From contig NMRA01000263.1 in assembly GCA_002633005.1 (NCBI GenBank), positions 521,631-585,630 on the forward strand: a stretch of DNA of 64,000 nucleotides, given 5' to 3'. Below are positions 49,858-61,775 of this stretch, in pieces. Position numbers and translations under genes: made by a program. Origin of the DNA: Phoronis australis. Its lineage: Eukaryota > Animalia > Phoronida. How positions within the stretch are numbered: position 1 is the first letter of the stretch; each line of letters begins with the position of its first letter. The notes below the pieces were generated by a model that ran no database searches, had not been told where the DNA came from, and saw only the letters and a list, made by a program, of their open reading frames with translations.

Positions 49858-51642
49858 CTACAAGTAGACAAGAACAACATGACTCAAGTACTCGCACAAT
49901 TATTGTGTTGATCAGTTGCGCAGAAATGCCGAGAATGGGCAGATGAGAGCATTAACACGTTCAAATATTGAAAATGGCCAAACCACCAGCACATGACTAC
50001 CAACGTGCCACTACTAGATTCAGCAAGACTTTTCAAATGGGCCAAAAATCATTCCTCTGAAACTTTCAGCATGTTCAGGACTTAGAAGTACGTAGAGAAA
50101 TTTTAATATATTATACCAGCCATTTTCAGAACAAACACAATATAGATTTCCTTCCCTGTTTGAAACAGGTTTTGCAAAAGCAAAACTGCACAAAAACAAC
50201 AATGACGCATCAAGAAAAAGTGCACTTTATAATGATCTTGGTCCTACATTTAAAATCGTCATTAGCTAACAGGATATTCATTCATTTATAATACAGTAAC
50301 ATCAATTTTTGATATAATGCAAATAAAAAACTCTTAAATCTCATTTCTATAAAACAGATACATATCACCAATTAATGGTTTCCATGTATAAGGTCTCTAC
50401 CACAATTACCATGTGCCAATATGCAACAAAAAATTAAAGACCACATCTCAGTATTTCAAAAATTGGAAAATGACAATCTCTCCACATAAGTCATGCTTTA
50501 TTTTGGTTCCGACTGTGTTTTCACTGCGCGCACAGTCCAATCCTGGTTCAAAGCACAAATCACAGTGTAAAATACTGTTCAACATAGATTTCTTATGCCA
50601 CAGTCCCTCCCCTCCACTTTCCCTCTGAGTGCACATGTTCTTATCCTGGACCATAACACTGAGTGCAAGCCAACTGTTCCAGACATAACCTACCAACAAA
50701 AACTTAATGAAAGCCCATTTCTATTGGCCAGTCCAGTTATGCAAACACACACTTGTAATGTGTAAACAGTTACTGAGAGAATGTTGATAGTGTGTATGCA
50801 TCAGCTCTGAATACCTTTACATACAATACCTGGCTGGGGGTCTACCACATTGATAACAGATCTCATTTCATATATGTTTCTCACTGAAGAATGTGATTAT
50901 AGGCTTTATTCCAGTTCAAAATGACAACTCACTGAATGGGAGTTTTCTAGAACGTTAGCACAAGTGGAGGTTTTTGAGATCACAGGTATGTGCTGGATGT
51001 ATTTAGTTCATTTTCGTACAGTTTACATCAAGGACAATAAAGTATGCAACCTTAAGCAGAAGATTTGAAAAAAATGTATATTGAAGATTGTTTTTAGCAG
51101 GCATCTAAAGAACAAAATAAAAATCTATAGTTATTTTCCTGTTCTCAGAGTTGCTGTATTTCATGACACACCGTTACAAAGTTTAGGCTACTCAAGCTCA
51201 GCCTATTGATCACCTGTCGCAGGCTAAGACTATGAGTAGACATACTCCACTGTGCAATGCTGGTCACTTTAAAACATCCAATGATAATCATGTGACTTAC
51301 TAAAGACAATACAAAATCAATGAGCTTTAATTGATCGCTTATCAAATGTTCAAAATGAGCAAACAAACTAGATAACTAGAGGCAGAAAACAGTGTCACAC
51401 TGAAATGACTAGGCAATAATGGACGAGTAAAATTGATTTAATGCGTTTGGGTTTTCCAGATTATGGGAGATTTGCAGACGAAGGGGGCAACACAAGACCT
51501 ATCTTATAATGGATTTGAACAGAATAAGGAGCAAACTAGAGTGTCTTGGTGTTGTATCATCATTATGAAAACCAGAATATGATGAACGAAGCGTAGCGTG
51601 AGTGTAAGGTAACTGCCAGTGATCAACACCACGGAAGGTCAG

Positions 51643-51777
51643 ATGGAAACGAGACATAAAGGAATTCTGAGCAAGAGGCTAGGGTACCTTCAGGAGAACA
51701 TGATAATGGACACGGTGTTTTATGGATGCCTACTTCAGAAGGAGATATTTACTGACAGCATACTAGAAACTATTAAG
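51643..51777 (+). CDS. CARD-CC paralog 1 exon 1 (CARD N-half)
   Basis: First in-frame ATG after TAA at 51610; AAG/gtatgg donor; aligns with paralog 2 exon 1. Confidence 0.8.
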
Positions 51778-54700
51778 GTATGGGGTTAGTTTTGAGGTTA
51801 TTTTATATTAAGTTATGATGATTTGTTTTGAGGTTATTTTATATTAAGTTATGATGATTTGTTTTGAGGTTATTTTATATTAAGTTATGATGCTTCACTG
51901 TTCACACTTTCTCTAGACTGTGTCATTCATACCATGAGGAGTGTTGGTCAGTGTGAACGCTAAACTTCAGTAACAAACAGGAGCATATAAAAGAGGAACG
52001 TTGACAATGAATGTTGTATGCTATCAGACACCTGGCGTCACTGTCAATAACTGAACGTGTTGTTGGCATCACTTTCAAATATTTTCTCAAATATTCACTG
52101 TTTCGCAACTAATAAGCATTTGATTATATTGATTATCAAAGTACGATACTCCAATTTAAAAAGATTACGCCTATAAAACCTTTTTAGAGCGCCAGCTCGC
52201 ATTAACTTGTATGACCCACACCTCAAACCAAGATTAGTTCAATTTACATTTGCTCCTTCTCTGGAGTTGGTATGACAACGCCTAAGAGCTTTGTATATAA
52301 TGGTCCTTCCTGGGAGACATAAGGATGTTAAGTAAAATCTACGGCCCTCACATGAGTGTATACCTTATACACACTTCCAGCACCTCGTCCACACTGTGGA
52401 TAACCATTCTAACATGACTTTTTTACAGTACTGTATTTAAAAAAAATGCAGTCACTGTGGTACTCCGGTCATAAAAACTTGTGTAGAATCACAAATATCA
52501 TGTAGTGAGTAATTAACTTGAACGAAATTTACACCAGTTTGCATCGGAATACTAATCACAATAAGAATAAATACGCACCTCAATTTTTCCAAGTACCTAT
52601 TAAAAGCACATGACTCTACACTAAAATACCATCTTCCACATTGTCTGTTTGGATGAAACAGGTTCATTTGACAGGATGCATCATAAATTAGTTACTCTGC
52701 TTAAAGCCACATATCACTAACGTTCCAAGAAGTCCACCAGATGTCGCCAAGCAAGATGACGTCACACGTCCCAGCCTCTCGCATCATCCTTAGTTTGAGA
52801 AAGGCCTCAGAGTGAAGGCCACATTGATGTTGACATTTCTAAATGCTTGTCACTTTCAGGTCGAGACAACAGAAACTGAACGGATATATAAGCTAGTCAA
52901 TCTGCTCAAACGGGCTGGCCCTGAAGCATTTAGTAAGTTCCTAGAGGCATTGGAAGAGACCAAGCAAGCCTTCATTGCGGAATCCTTAGCAAAGCTGGAC
53001 TTGGATTCTTTAGATGGTAATTTTTGCACTTGGATGAATCATGACAAACTGGTAATAAAACACAAAATGGAATTCACTAATTTTCTCATATGAAGAGGTA
53101 TACAGGACATGTTGCTCAGATGTGTGACTTTTTCATGTCCAGATTTCCTATAAAAAGATGCCTTTTCTAACAAAAGTTCCAAGGCCTGTTCTGACAAAAT
53201 TCTTCACAAACTGGTTTAATTTGGTAGTTCAAACTCTACTGAAGATTCCCACTACAAAAACCAACAAAATGGGTTTATTACCTATTTTAATAACTTTTGT
53301 TATAAAAGATAGGCTAATTTCTTATACTGATTCAGATTTAAAGGGTAAAATTACTGAAGTAAGAAATCCATAAGGCCCAATTAAAGGTTTGAACTTACAA
53401 AATTAATTGCTACAAAATAGGGGTGTTTCTGCACCACAACCCTATGAAAGAGGGGCTTTATCATGAAAGATTGGGTCCCACTTTTTCGAATCCAATCTCC
53501 AAATGGGTGGGTACCGTAATTTTCCAGCAACAGACCCCACAATCAAAATATAGGTGAGAACCCACGGGAGTAAACATATTTGAAAAACCTCAGCGAAGTA
53601 CAAGTGGTAGAATGTATGGTATTAACCACTATATGCTTTCATTGAAGAAGGGCTGTGTTCCAAGAAGGAAAAATCTTGCCATGCACGACAACCAAAGTAC
53701 ATAATCCTGCTAACACTCTCGTGTGTGTCTTAGGTCTATAGAATGAAACCAGCTGGGCAAGCATTCAGAAGCATCAGCTTATAAGATGCATTACTTGTAG
53801 GTGGATCTAAACAAATCTTGGCCGTCATTGAAGCAAGTCTGACAACACATACAAGAGAAAAGATGAAGATGAGAGACCTAAGGAAACTTGTTGATATCGT
53901 CAACAGTCAACGAGAAAAGAACAGGTGAGCACGGTAAAGAATATTCAGTTTGGGACCCAATATGCCGGACAGGTGAAATTTCATTTTGGCAAATTTCTAA
54001 ACAAAAATAAATTTTTAGGAAAATTTTCTTACTTTTAGCGTGGTTGGTATGGTTTAGCTATTACCAATCAATACTTGGTACTAAGCTTTTGAGCATTTGC
54101 CACTAAAAATATAAATATGGCAATTTATTTTTCTCCAAATTGAAGAATTTTTTACCTTAACAGCAGCCTAGATAATAGAACTGGAGAAAGATGAGGTTTC
54201 TTAAACCTCAGGAGGCTTAAGAGGTTTCAACATGAAGAACAGCAATCAGGACTGTAAAACATTAAGATTAACAAATAGTTTCGCATGATCAAATATTTGC
54301 TATAACCACTGGACCCCATAACAATTATCAAAATAGGAAAATGCAAAGGTTATGTTTTGAAACATTCTTTGAAATTCAGCAAACATACCGTTAGAGCATG
54401 CATATCATTGGATGAAGGTAAGTGAACTGGTACATGAGTGGCATACCATATTGAGATGAAGCAAATCTGCATGTGAGCAGTTACACTGTTCACAAATTAA
54501 TGAGAAAGTACGGAAGGAAGACAATCCAAGAGTACATACAAGATATTGCCAGCTTCTGCACCTTTCAATGTACTCAGTATATGCTTACACAAACTTAATC
54601 CAAGCAGTTTCAAACTTTCTTTTGAATTTTCCAGGGGTGAACTTGAAGTAGCAAATGACAAACTCTCCAAAGCACTACTCACTAACAAAGACTTGCAAGA

Positions 54701-55655
54701 CCAGCTGGAAGACAAGGAGCTGGAGCTCGCTAAACTTAAGGACGAAATCCGTGCCAAAGAAATAGCCATAAATGGCTTCCAAAAAGAGATCAGAGGCCAC
54801 AAAGACAAAGTGCAGAAAGACACGGCTCTTGAAAGCCAAGTCACACAATTCAAAGCGATAGAGTCAGGGCTTTTGAGTCAAATTGAGCAACAAGAGACTA
54901 TTATACAAGAAGCAGAGAGTAAGCTTGATGAGTTGGTGGGCACGGAAATGAACAATAACGAAGTCACATTCAGGTCTGAACCGGAAGGAAATGAGGGCGA
55001 GATTGGAAGCAAAAATGTCTTGCTGCTACACATACAATTTGTTGGAGATAAAATTAAAAACATCGAGGATGAACTGATGAAGGCCAAGAAGCAAGTGGAG
55101 GAGCTGAGGATAGTGGAGAAAGAGTGCTTGAAGATGCTGGACATCGATGAGACTGAAACTGGACATTCTGTTGAACTCCAGGACAACCTGAAGCGGTTCT
55201 TGGAGGAGAATGAGAGAGAGAGGGAGGAGGAGAGATGCCACATTGAACAGTTAGAGCAGAAGCTGGATAAGGCATACTGTAGGAAAGTGGAACTGAAGAA
55301 CCAACTTAAAGAGCTACAAAAGGATAAGGACATGTTGAAACATGAGAAGGAGTCATTGAAGCATAGTATCAGGTTCATGAAACAGAAGATTCACAGTAAG
55401 TCGCCAGTGCAGACCAACCGACTAACATTTGAAGCAGATGGTGATCGCAGTCAATCGACTCTGCCTAGAATTCATCACCCCGGCTTCAGAGGGAGCTACA
55501 GCATCCAACCATCTGCCAGAAGATTAAGAAAGAGTGCCACGGAACCAACATCCTTAGATAGGATGTCGTCAGATGAAGACTTTTTAAGTCGAAAAGTCAA
55601 TGATGGATATAGCGGGAGAAAGAAGACGCGTCACTTATCAATGGATTTTTCATGA
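51643..55655 (+). CDS. CARD plus coiled-coil protein, paralog 1 (4 exons, 478 aa), antisense within the PKD intron
   Basis: Exons 51643-51777, 52860-53016, 53801-53924, 54635-55655 (phases 0,1,2; 1437 nt). METRHKGILSKRLGYLQENM...LLQKEIFTDSILETIK / ...LLKRAGPEAFSKFLEALEETKQAFIAESL is CARD-like; E/K/L/Q-rich heptads follow; AATAAA at 55744. Confidence 0.85.
51789..51892. repeat. Tandem repeat, 36 bp x about 3, next to the CARD-CC paralog 1 exon 1 donor
   Basis: GTTTTGAGGTTATTTTATATTAAGTTATGATGATTT units, perfect copies. Confidence 0.9.
52860..53016 (+). CDS. CARD-CC paralog 1 exon 2 (CARD C-half, 157 nt)
   Basis: tttcag acceptor; RAGPEAFSKFLEAL motif; G/gtaatt donor. Confidence 0.87.
53801..53924 (+). 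CDS. CARD-CC paralog 1 exon 3 (linker)
   Basis: ttgtag acceptor; ends QREKNR with AG/gtgagc, same ending as paralog 2 exon 3. Confidence 0.8.
54635..55655 (+). CDS. CARD-CC paralog 1 exon 4 (coiled coil and Ser/Arg-rich tail)
   Basis: ttttccag acceptor inside the 369-aa ORF 54546..55655; heptad-rich sequence. Confidence 0.88.
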
Positions 55656-56978
55656 ACATAAAAATGAGTTTAGACGAGATTCTTTGATAAGCTTTCACCT
55701 GTAGAATCAATGAGACTATCTAATTGATGATTTATATTTTAATAATAAAATATTTTAGCTTAATACCCCCACCACGTTGGTGACCCCAGTGCTATGACAA
55801 GATAATGCTGTCATGCCTGAGGTTATGAATGACTGTTTAGATGACAAAGTTCATAAAGCCTAGATATTTCAGTAAGAAGCACATATCACATCAATTTTAT
55901 TGACATTGGAATTGATATCTGAGGAACATAAATCAGAAAGGTCAAAGTGCACATTGGCCATTCATGAAGATGCGGTAAACATTCTTCAGTTTGAATACGT
56001 GAAATTTCATTTTGTCAAACTTGTCAACAAAAATAACTTTTCAAGGATATTTAATGTGGATTACATGGTGTATTAATTACCAAACAACATTTGGTAAGAG
56101 TTGAGCACTGCCCCACATTGAAGAGTTTTTACCGTACCTTTCGCATTTATTAAATTAGGAAAGATCTTGGGTTTTGAATTATCCTCATCAATGAAATGGC
56201 ATGCCATGGAATCATGAAAATGGGTGTACGGTAAGAAAATTCAGACATTTGAAGCACTGGGACTGGAAAATATAACATGGTCAGCTGAAATAATGCATTT
56301 CCAAAATTCAACAAAACAAGAAAACAAAAATGCTTTTAAAAATCATATATTCTAAAAATGATTTGAAAAATAAGTTTGTGAGAAAACAGTTTTTCACAAG
56401 ACGTCTATGATAATAAATGGGTTAATTACGGTTCTGTACAGATCATCTGGAATGCTCTTGTAAAAAATAGCCACTAGGAGGTGCTGCACAAGTCTAATCC
56501 ACCCAAAAATCATTTAATGGTGATGCATTCCCATTATATACCTCTGGTGTTAACTTGTTGGAAGCCATCTTAACTGGTTCCCCAGATACCATCCGAAAAT
56601 GCTGTTCTCTCAAAACGACACTTGAAAAGCCTTTTGCAGAAAACAAAGTGGCCACTAGGAGGTGCTCGAGAAGCCAAATCTGCCCAAAAACTTAATGCTG
56701 CTGGCACACTGATATGACATACCTCTGTCAAGTTCCATAGAAATCCGTCAATCCATTAGATATCATCACCAAACACTATTTCACCAAAAAATACTGAAAA
56801 GCCACACCCCATGACCCCAGGAGGCGGGGCAGATTAAAAAGAGGCATGAACCACTCTAGTGAATCACTTACACCTTTGTGCCAAATTTCATCAAAATGCG
56901 ACCACCGGGTTTTTGAGATATTGAGCGAACAACTGGAAAACTGGATGCAAGGACACCCAAACAAAGTGACAACATTAT

Positions 56979-57486
56979 AGGGCCTTTCGTACTAATGTTG
57001 ATGCGTCGATGGTTTGGGGAGTTGCGGTCAGTATAAACGCTTAACTCCGGTCCTAGATCGCAGTTAACAGCTCCAGTTAACATCGCAGTTAACAAGTGGA
57101 TTTAATAGCGCAGCGTCGACGCTGCGGTGCAGTATGAACGCTTAACTTCGGTCCAATAGAAATTATCGCCAGGTGCCACTGTTATTGTCAACAGTTACAG
57201 GGTAGTGCCGTCACTAATAGCTGTTTATAGTTTGCTCTAACAATAACCAATCTATTTAAAAATAAGTTTATTGTCACTTAGCACATGTTATGTTTCCATA
57301 TTGAAACATTCAAAAAAAAATGTTAGCGTGCAACGCTACCTTGCGATAACTTCGATGACGACAGCGGCACCAACCGCTTACTTCGATGTTCATTAACTAC
57401 CGAAGCCAGTATGAACGGTCCAGTTAACTGAGCTGTTTACGTCGACGCTCCGCTCAGACCGTAGTTAAGTCAATATGAAAAGGCTT
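56979..57486 (+). mobile_element. PIF/Harbinger-type MITE, copy 2 (just upstream of CARD-CC paralog 2)
   Basis: TIR AGGGCCTTTCGTA / TATGAAAAGGCTT; 3-bp TSD TAT; colinear with 22492-22998. Confidence 0.85.
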
Positions 57487-57654
57487 TATGAGACCACAAT
57501 CACACACACATGTCTGATAACACAGGAAACATTCCAATATCAACAGGCAGCTTATCAGCAAAATCTCCCTATAAAAGACTCAAAAAAATTAATGATCCCT
57601 GATGCGATTAGGGAACAGGATATAAAAAGATTTACAGCAAAATGAGACGAAAAG

Positions 57655-57831
57655 ATGTACCGAGCACTCAAATCCAACAGTATGACCTTACAGATGAGTA
57701 AAAGACATAAAGAAGTACTGAGGAAGCACATAACATTCTTGCAAGATAACCTGGATGTTACAAGTTCCCGTCTATATGCCTCCCTACTGCAAAATGGCGT
57801 CTTATGTGAGGAAATGATCGAAGCAATCAAG
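57655..57831 (+). CDS. CARD-CC paralog 2 exon 1
   Basis: ORF 57655 to AAG/gtaaga; the true start may be a later in-frame ATG (57682 or 57694). Confidence 0.8.
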
Positions 57832-60800
57832 GTAAGATGGGAAGGATTTTCAAGGGGAAAAAGGATAAGTTAGCAAACACATGAACTTGCTAAAAAGTCT
57901 GAACAAACTGGTTTCACCCATGCTTGTGTGAACTGTTTGAACACAGGGACCCAAGTGCCTCTAAATGACAACAAAGAATTCAAATTTCTCCACAAAAATG
58001 TACCAAACTTAAACTCTTTATTTAAGGATGGTTCATATTGAATACATAACCATAGATGTCACAAAAAACTTCCAAATCAGCAGGAACTTTATATGATTTT
58101 TGTTGTACAAAGTGAATAAAAATCTATAAAAGCGTGGCTGTAGAATTTGAATTTTGACCTCTTATCAATTTGTTATGAATTGGGTCATGTTGTTTTTTAG
58201 TAAAATTTAGCAAAAGGGAAAGTACACCATTTAACAAAACCACGATATTAACAACATGACCAAATTTTGCTCAATATAAGTGTTCAAAACGAACGCTGTT
58301 GCCCATCTCTGAGATTCAATGTTCCACAGTTGGTCAAATTTGGATATTTTTATTTTCTAGGGTAATACATACCGTAACCTCAAGAAAAATTTTTGTTATT
58401 ATTTAAAAGCATAAAGATGGCTAGAATTAAGCAGTGAAATTATCATTTAGGGAGAGTCAATTGGCATAATGAGTGCTAGAACATAGCACAAAGATTTCCT
58501 TGGATCCACCACAGCAGTACTGGCCACTTTCAATACCTAACTGGCTTAACATGCGGAGCATTGCATAACATCAAATACTACCATGAAATGACCAGAATAC
58601 AGTAGATACTTTATGGAAACACGAAAAAAAAAAAACATAATCAGCATGCCATTTTCAGGATTTAACAGATACTTTTTTATTCAAACATGGGGTTGCGCCC
58701 CCTTATTACATTCTAAATTAGGCAGTTACATGAATTGATTGGTTCAGCTTTACTAGCAGTAGCATTCACCTATTATTAATACTTGGCTGCACCTAATGTC
58801 AAAAGAAGTGGTTACAAAATGAACAAGTTATCAAAATGAAAGGTGCTATGACTCCAAAATCAACACGTGCACATTTTCTTGAATCCTACAACCCCGTTTT
58901 AAATCCCTGATAGACACAAGTGAACCGGTCAAAAATTAAGCTGGCCAATGATATATTGACAATAAACAACCAACAAGAATTTTCTTGGAGACCACTAACA
59001 TGGACAACAGGAGGGCAAGGTATGGTAGCTGAATAAAGCCATCTACTGGCCCAAGTGTGTTCTTTAATAGCACTGAATATGACTTAAAATATTGTTAATC
59101 ACAAAATCAATATTAGTTATTTTTACAACTATTTTAGATCAAGGAGACCACTGGGGACAAAGTCTTCGAACTAATCACACGTTTGTCTTCCTGTGGTCCA
59201 GATGCTTTTGAAAAGTTTGTGGAAGCCTGTGATGTCCCAGGACAGGCACATATAGCCACGACCTTACGTGGAGCAGACAATGAATTACTAAGAGGTAAAG
59301 GAAATAAAAATACCAATAAATAATCAACTGCATTGATTAGGTTGTGTGACAGCACTTCCACCAACGCAACACACCACATTTTTTCAATTGACTAACAAGA
59401 GTTGCAGAAATGCATATAGTATGAAAGCCTTTATTAGTAAAGTTCCTGTCCAATACATCCCACTTTTTCAATTAAGCGTCCAAAGCTCAGACAAGAGCTC
59501 AACTGTAATTAACTAGTAACACTATTTTGTTCACAAATGATATAGAATATCAGATTATTAATTTCAATTAGTGTAAACGAACAGTTAAAAACCAGGAAAA
59601 TGTAAGAAAAAACAGAAAAGTAAGAAAAGTTAAAACAACTAGAGCACATTTTGGGCTTGGAGGGAGTAAATAGCCTGCATGGTGGCTTAGGATTTTGGAG
59701 AAGGTTGTAAGTCATGGGTGTCCTTCACTGCATAAATGGCAAAAAAATAGGACAGAAGACATGATTTGTCATATTAGATCAAACTAGTTTTGCAGAATAT
59801 AACACAATTTTTTAGTTTTATGTTATCATTTATACCTTATTAACACTCTACACAGTACAGCTTATTGACTATGATCTTTCCAGCCATTCCCTACGAGAAG
59901 ACAAAGGCTGTGGAAGTATTCCTTAACAAGGTGTTGGAGCAGAACATATGTTTGATACCAAGGCTGCAGATTGATGAGATGGTGAAAGAATTTGTATTCA
60001 AGACAGACTTCGAAAAGGAGAGAGAGAAAAACAGGTGGGGACATATCGGTGGTTAAGGAAATCTATCCAGTGATGTTGCAGGGGTCTTCTTGAAGAAACC
60101 GGCCAAACACACCAGGGCTTCCAAACTGCAATGCTGATGAGATCTAACCTGTCGACGAGCAAGCAATGTCAGTAAAGAACACAACAGCTTCTCAGTGTTG
60201 CAAGATATTGTCACATTCATTACTAGCATAAAAGTCATGAAGAATGGTCTCTAAGGTGATAGGGTACCTTCCATATCAGTACAAATGGATCAGGGTGATT
60301 ACTGCACTAGCAAAGACTTAGAGCAATCATATGCTGGCTGAAATAAATTGAAATGATATGTACCAACATTAATATTTATGCCCCCCCCCCCAAGAAATGC
60401 AATGAAAATTAACCAAAAACGATGTAGATTCTGTATGCTGACCAGTATTCAATCAAAACAGAAGTTTTGACATTAACATATTTCATCTGAGGTAATTAAC
60501 ATGCCACTTAGGGAGGCAAGATCAATGGATTAATAGACATTTACACTTAGAAACCACTGCCATCTGTATGTAGTGCGCAGTAAAGCGCAGACTTTATCTT
60601 CAAGCCAGGGTACATTTCTCCTACCGAAAATTATCCTCCCACTGAAAATTGTCGTGATAGCCCTCACTTGACCATCACTACTACGATTATAGAAAATCCC
60701 TGTTAACAAATATAATTAAACTTATTAGCTGACAATTGAAAATAGGTATTCCGGTAGAAACCCAGAAACATTTACAGCCAATATTAACAACGAGTTTTTG

Positions 60801-61775
60801 AAGACATCTATAATCCAGTTACGCACTTTATATGATGTGGGAATCAATATAATGGGAATAATTCCCATCAGGCTTTGCAGCACTCAGTGGTGCCTAGAAA
60901 GGATATACATGTCTTGGTAATATGCTATTACATTTTTCAGGGAATTCCAAGATGCCATTCAAAGACTTTCCGAGGAATTAGTTAGAAACAAACAATTGCA
61001 AGACGATTCAAAAAAACACAAGGAACAGGAGCTGGCAAAACACAAGGAAGAACTTCAGAAAAAAGACAAAGAAATTGCGGATCTTAAGAAAGACCTCAAA
61101 GCCCAGGACAAAGAAAAAAAGTTGCAGAATATCATAGAAATGGCCAAGACTGAGCTCAGCGAGTTGGTCGGCACGGAAACAGGGAAATCTGAACAAGAGG
61201 GAAATGATGGTGAGCTCTGTAGCAAAACAGTGTTACTTCTACAGATTCAGTTTGTTGGAGGAAAAATCAAGAACATCCAGGACGAGAAGGCAATAGCCAA
61301 GAGGAAAATAGAAGAACTGGGTAGAATTGTGGAAGATTGTAAGAATATGCTGCGTCATGCCAGTACTGCAGATATTGCATCTAGAGAGCTGAAGGAAAAT
61401 CTGAGAAGGTTCTTAGAACATAACAAGAGAGAAAAGGAGGAACAGACACGTCACACTGAACAGTTGGAAGCCAAGTTGAAATGGGCATTGGGCATGGAAA
61501 GCCAACTACGCCAGCAACTGAAACATTTAGAAGTTAATAAAATAATAATAAGTCATGAAAAGAAACAACTGGAAGACACAGTCCAGCTTTTGAAAGTGAT
61601 GATAGATGAAAACTGTTCAAGAGCAGAAGAGCTGGCATCACAACAAATTGAAGCAACCAGCAATTGCGATTCTAATCCTGTGGAACTACCTTCAATTCAG
61701 AATGTTAGCTCCAAGAATCAGGCCGACATCAAAACCTTAAGAGCTGACATCGACAGGGTCTTTAAACCCAAATGA
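57655..61775 (+). CDS. CARD plus coiled-coil protein, paralog 2 (4 exons, 439 aa), antisense within the PKD intron
   Basis: Exons 57655-57831, 59138-59294, 59884-60034, 60941-61775 (phases 0,1,2; 1320 nt). MSKRHKEVLRKHITFLQDNL...LLQNGVLCEEMIEAIK / ...SCGPDAFEKFVEAC...QAHIATTL; coiled coil clearly homologous to paralog 1. Confidence 0.85.
59138..59294 (+). CDS. CARD-CC paralog 2 exon 2 (157 nt)
   Basis: ttttag acceptor; IKETTGDKVFELITRLSSCGPDAFEKFVEAC; same length and phase as paralog 1 exon 2. Confidence 0.87.
59884..60034 (+). CDS. CARD-CC paralog 2 exon 3
   Basis: ctttccag acceptor; ends EREKNR with AG/gtgggg. Confidence 0.8.
60941..61775 (+). CDS. CARD-CC paralog 2 exon 4 (coiled coil)
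   Basis: tttttcag acceptor in frame with the 259-aa ORF 60996..61775. Confidence 0.88.

Noticed and set aside
54497-55378. Minus-strand Ser/Leu/Phe-rich ORFs (118, 166, 71 and 73 aa), also 61008-61196
   Set aside because: Antisense shadows of the Glu/Lys-rich coiled-coil exons; no PKD similarity.
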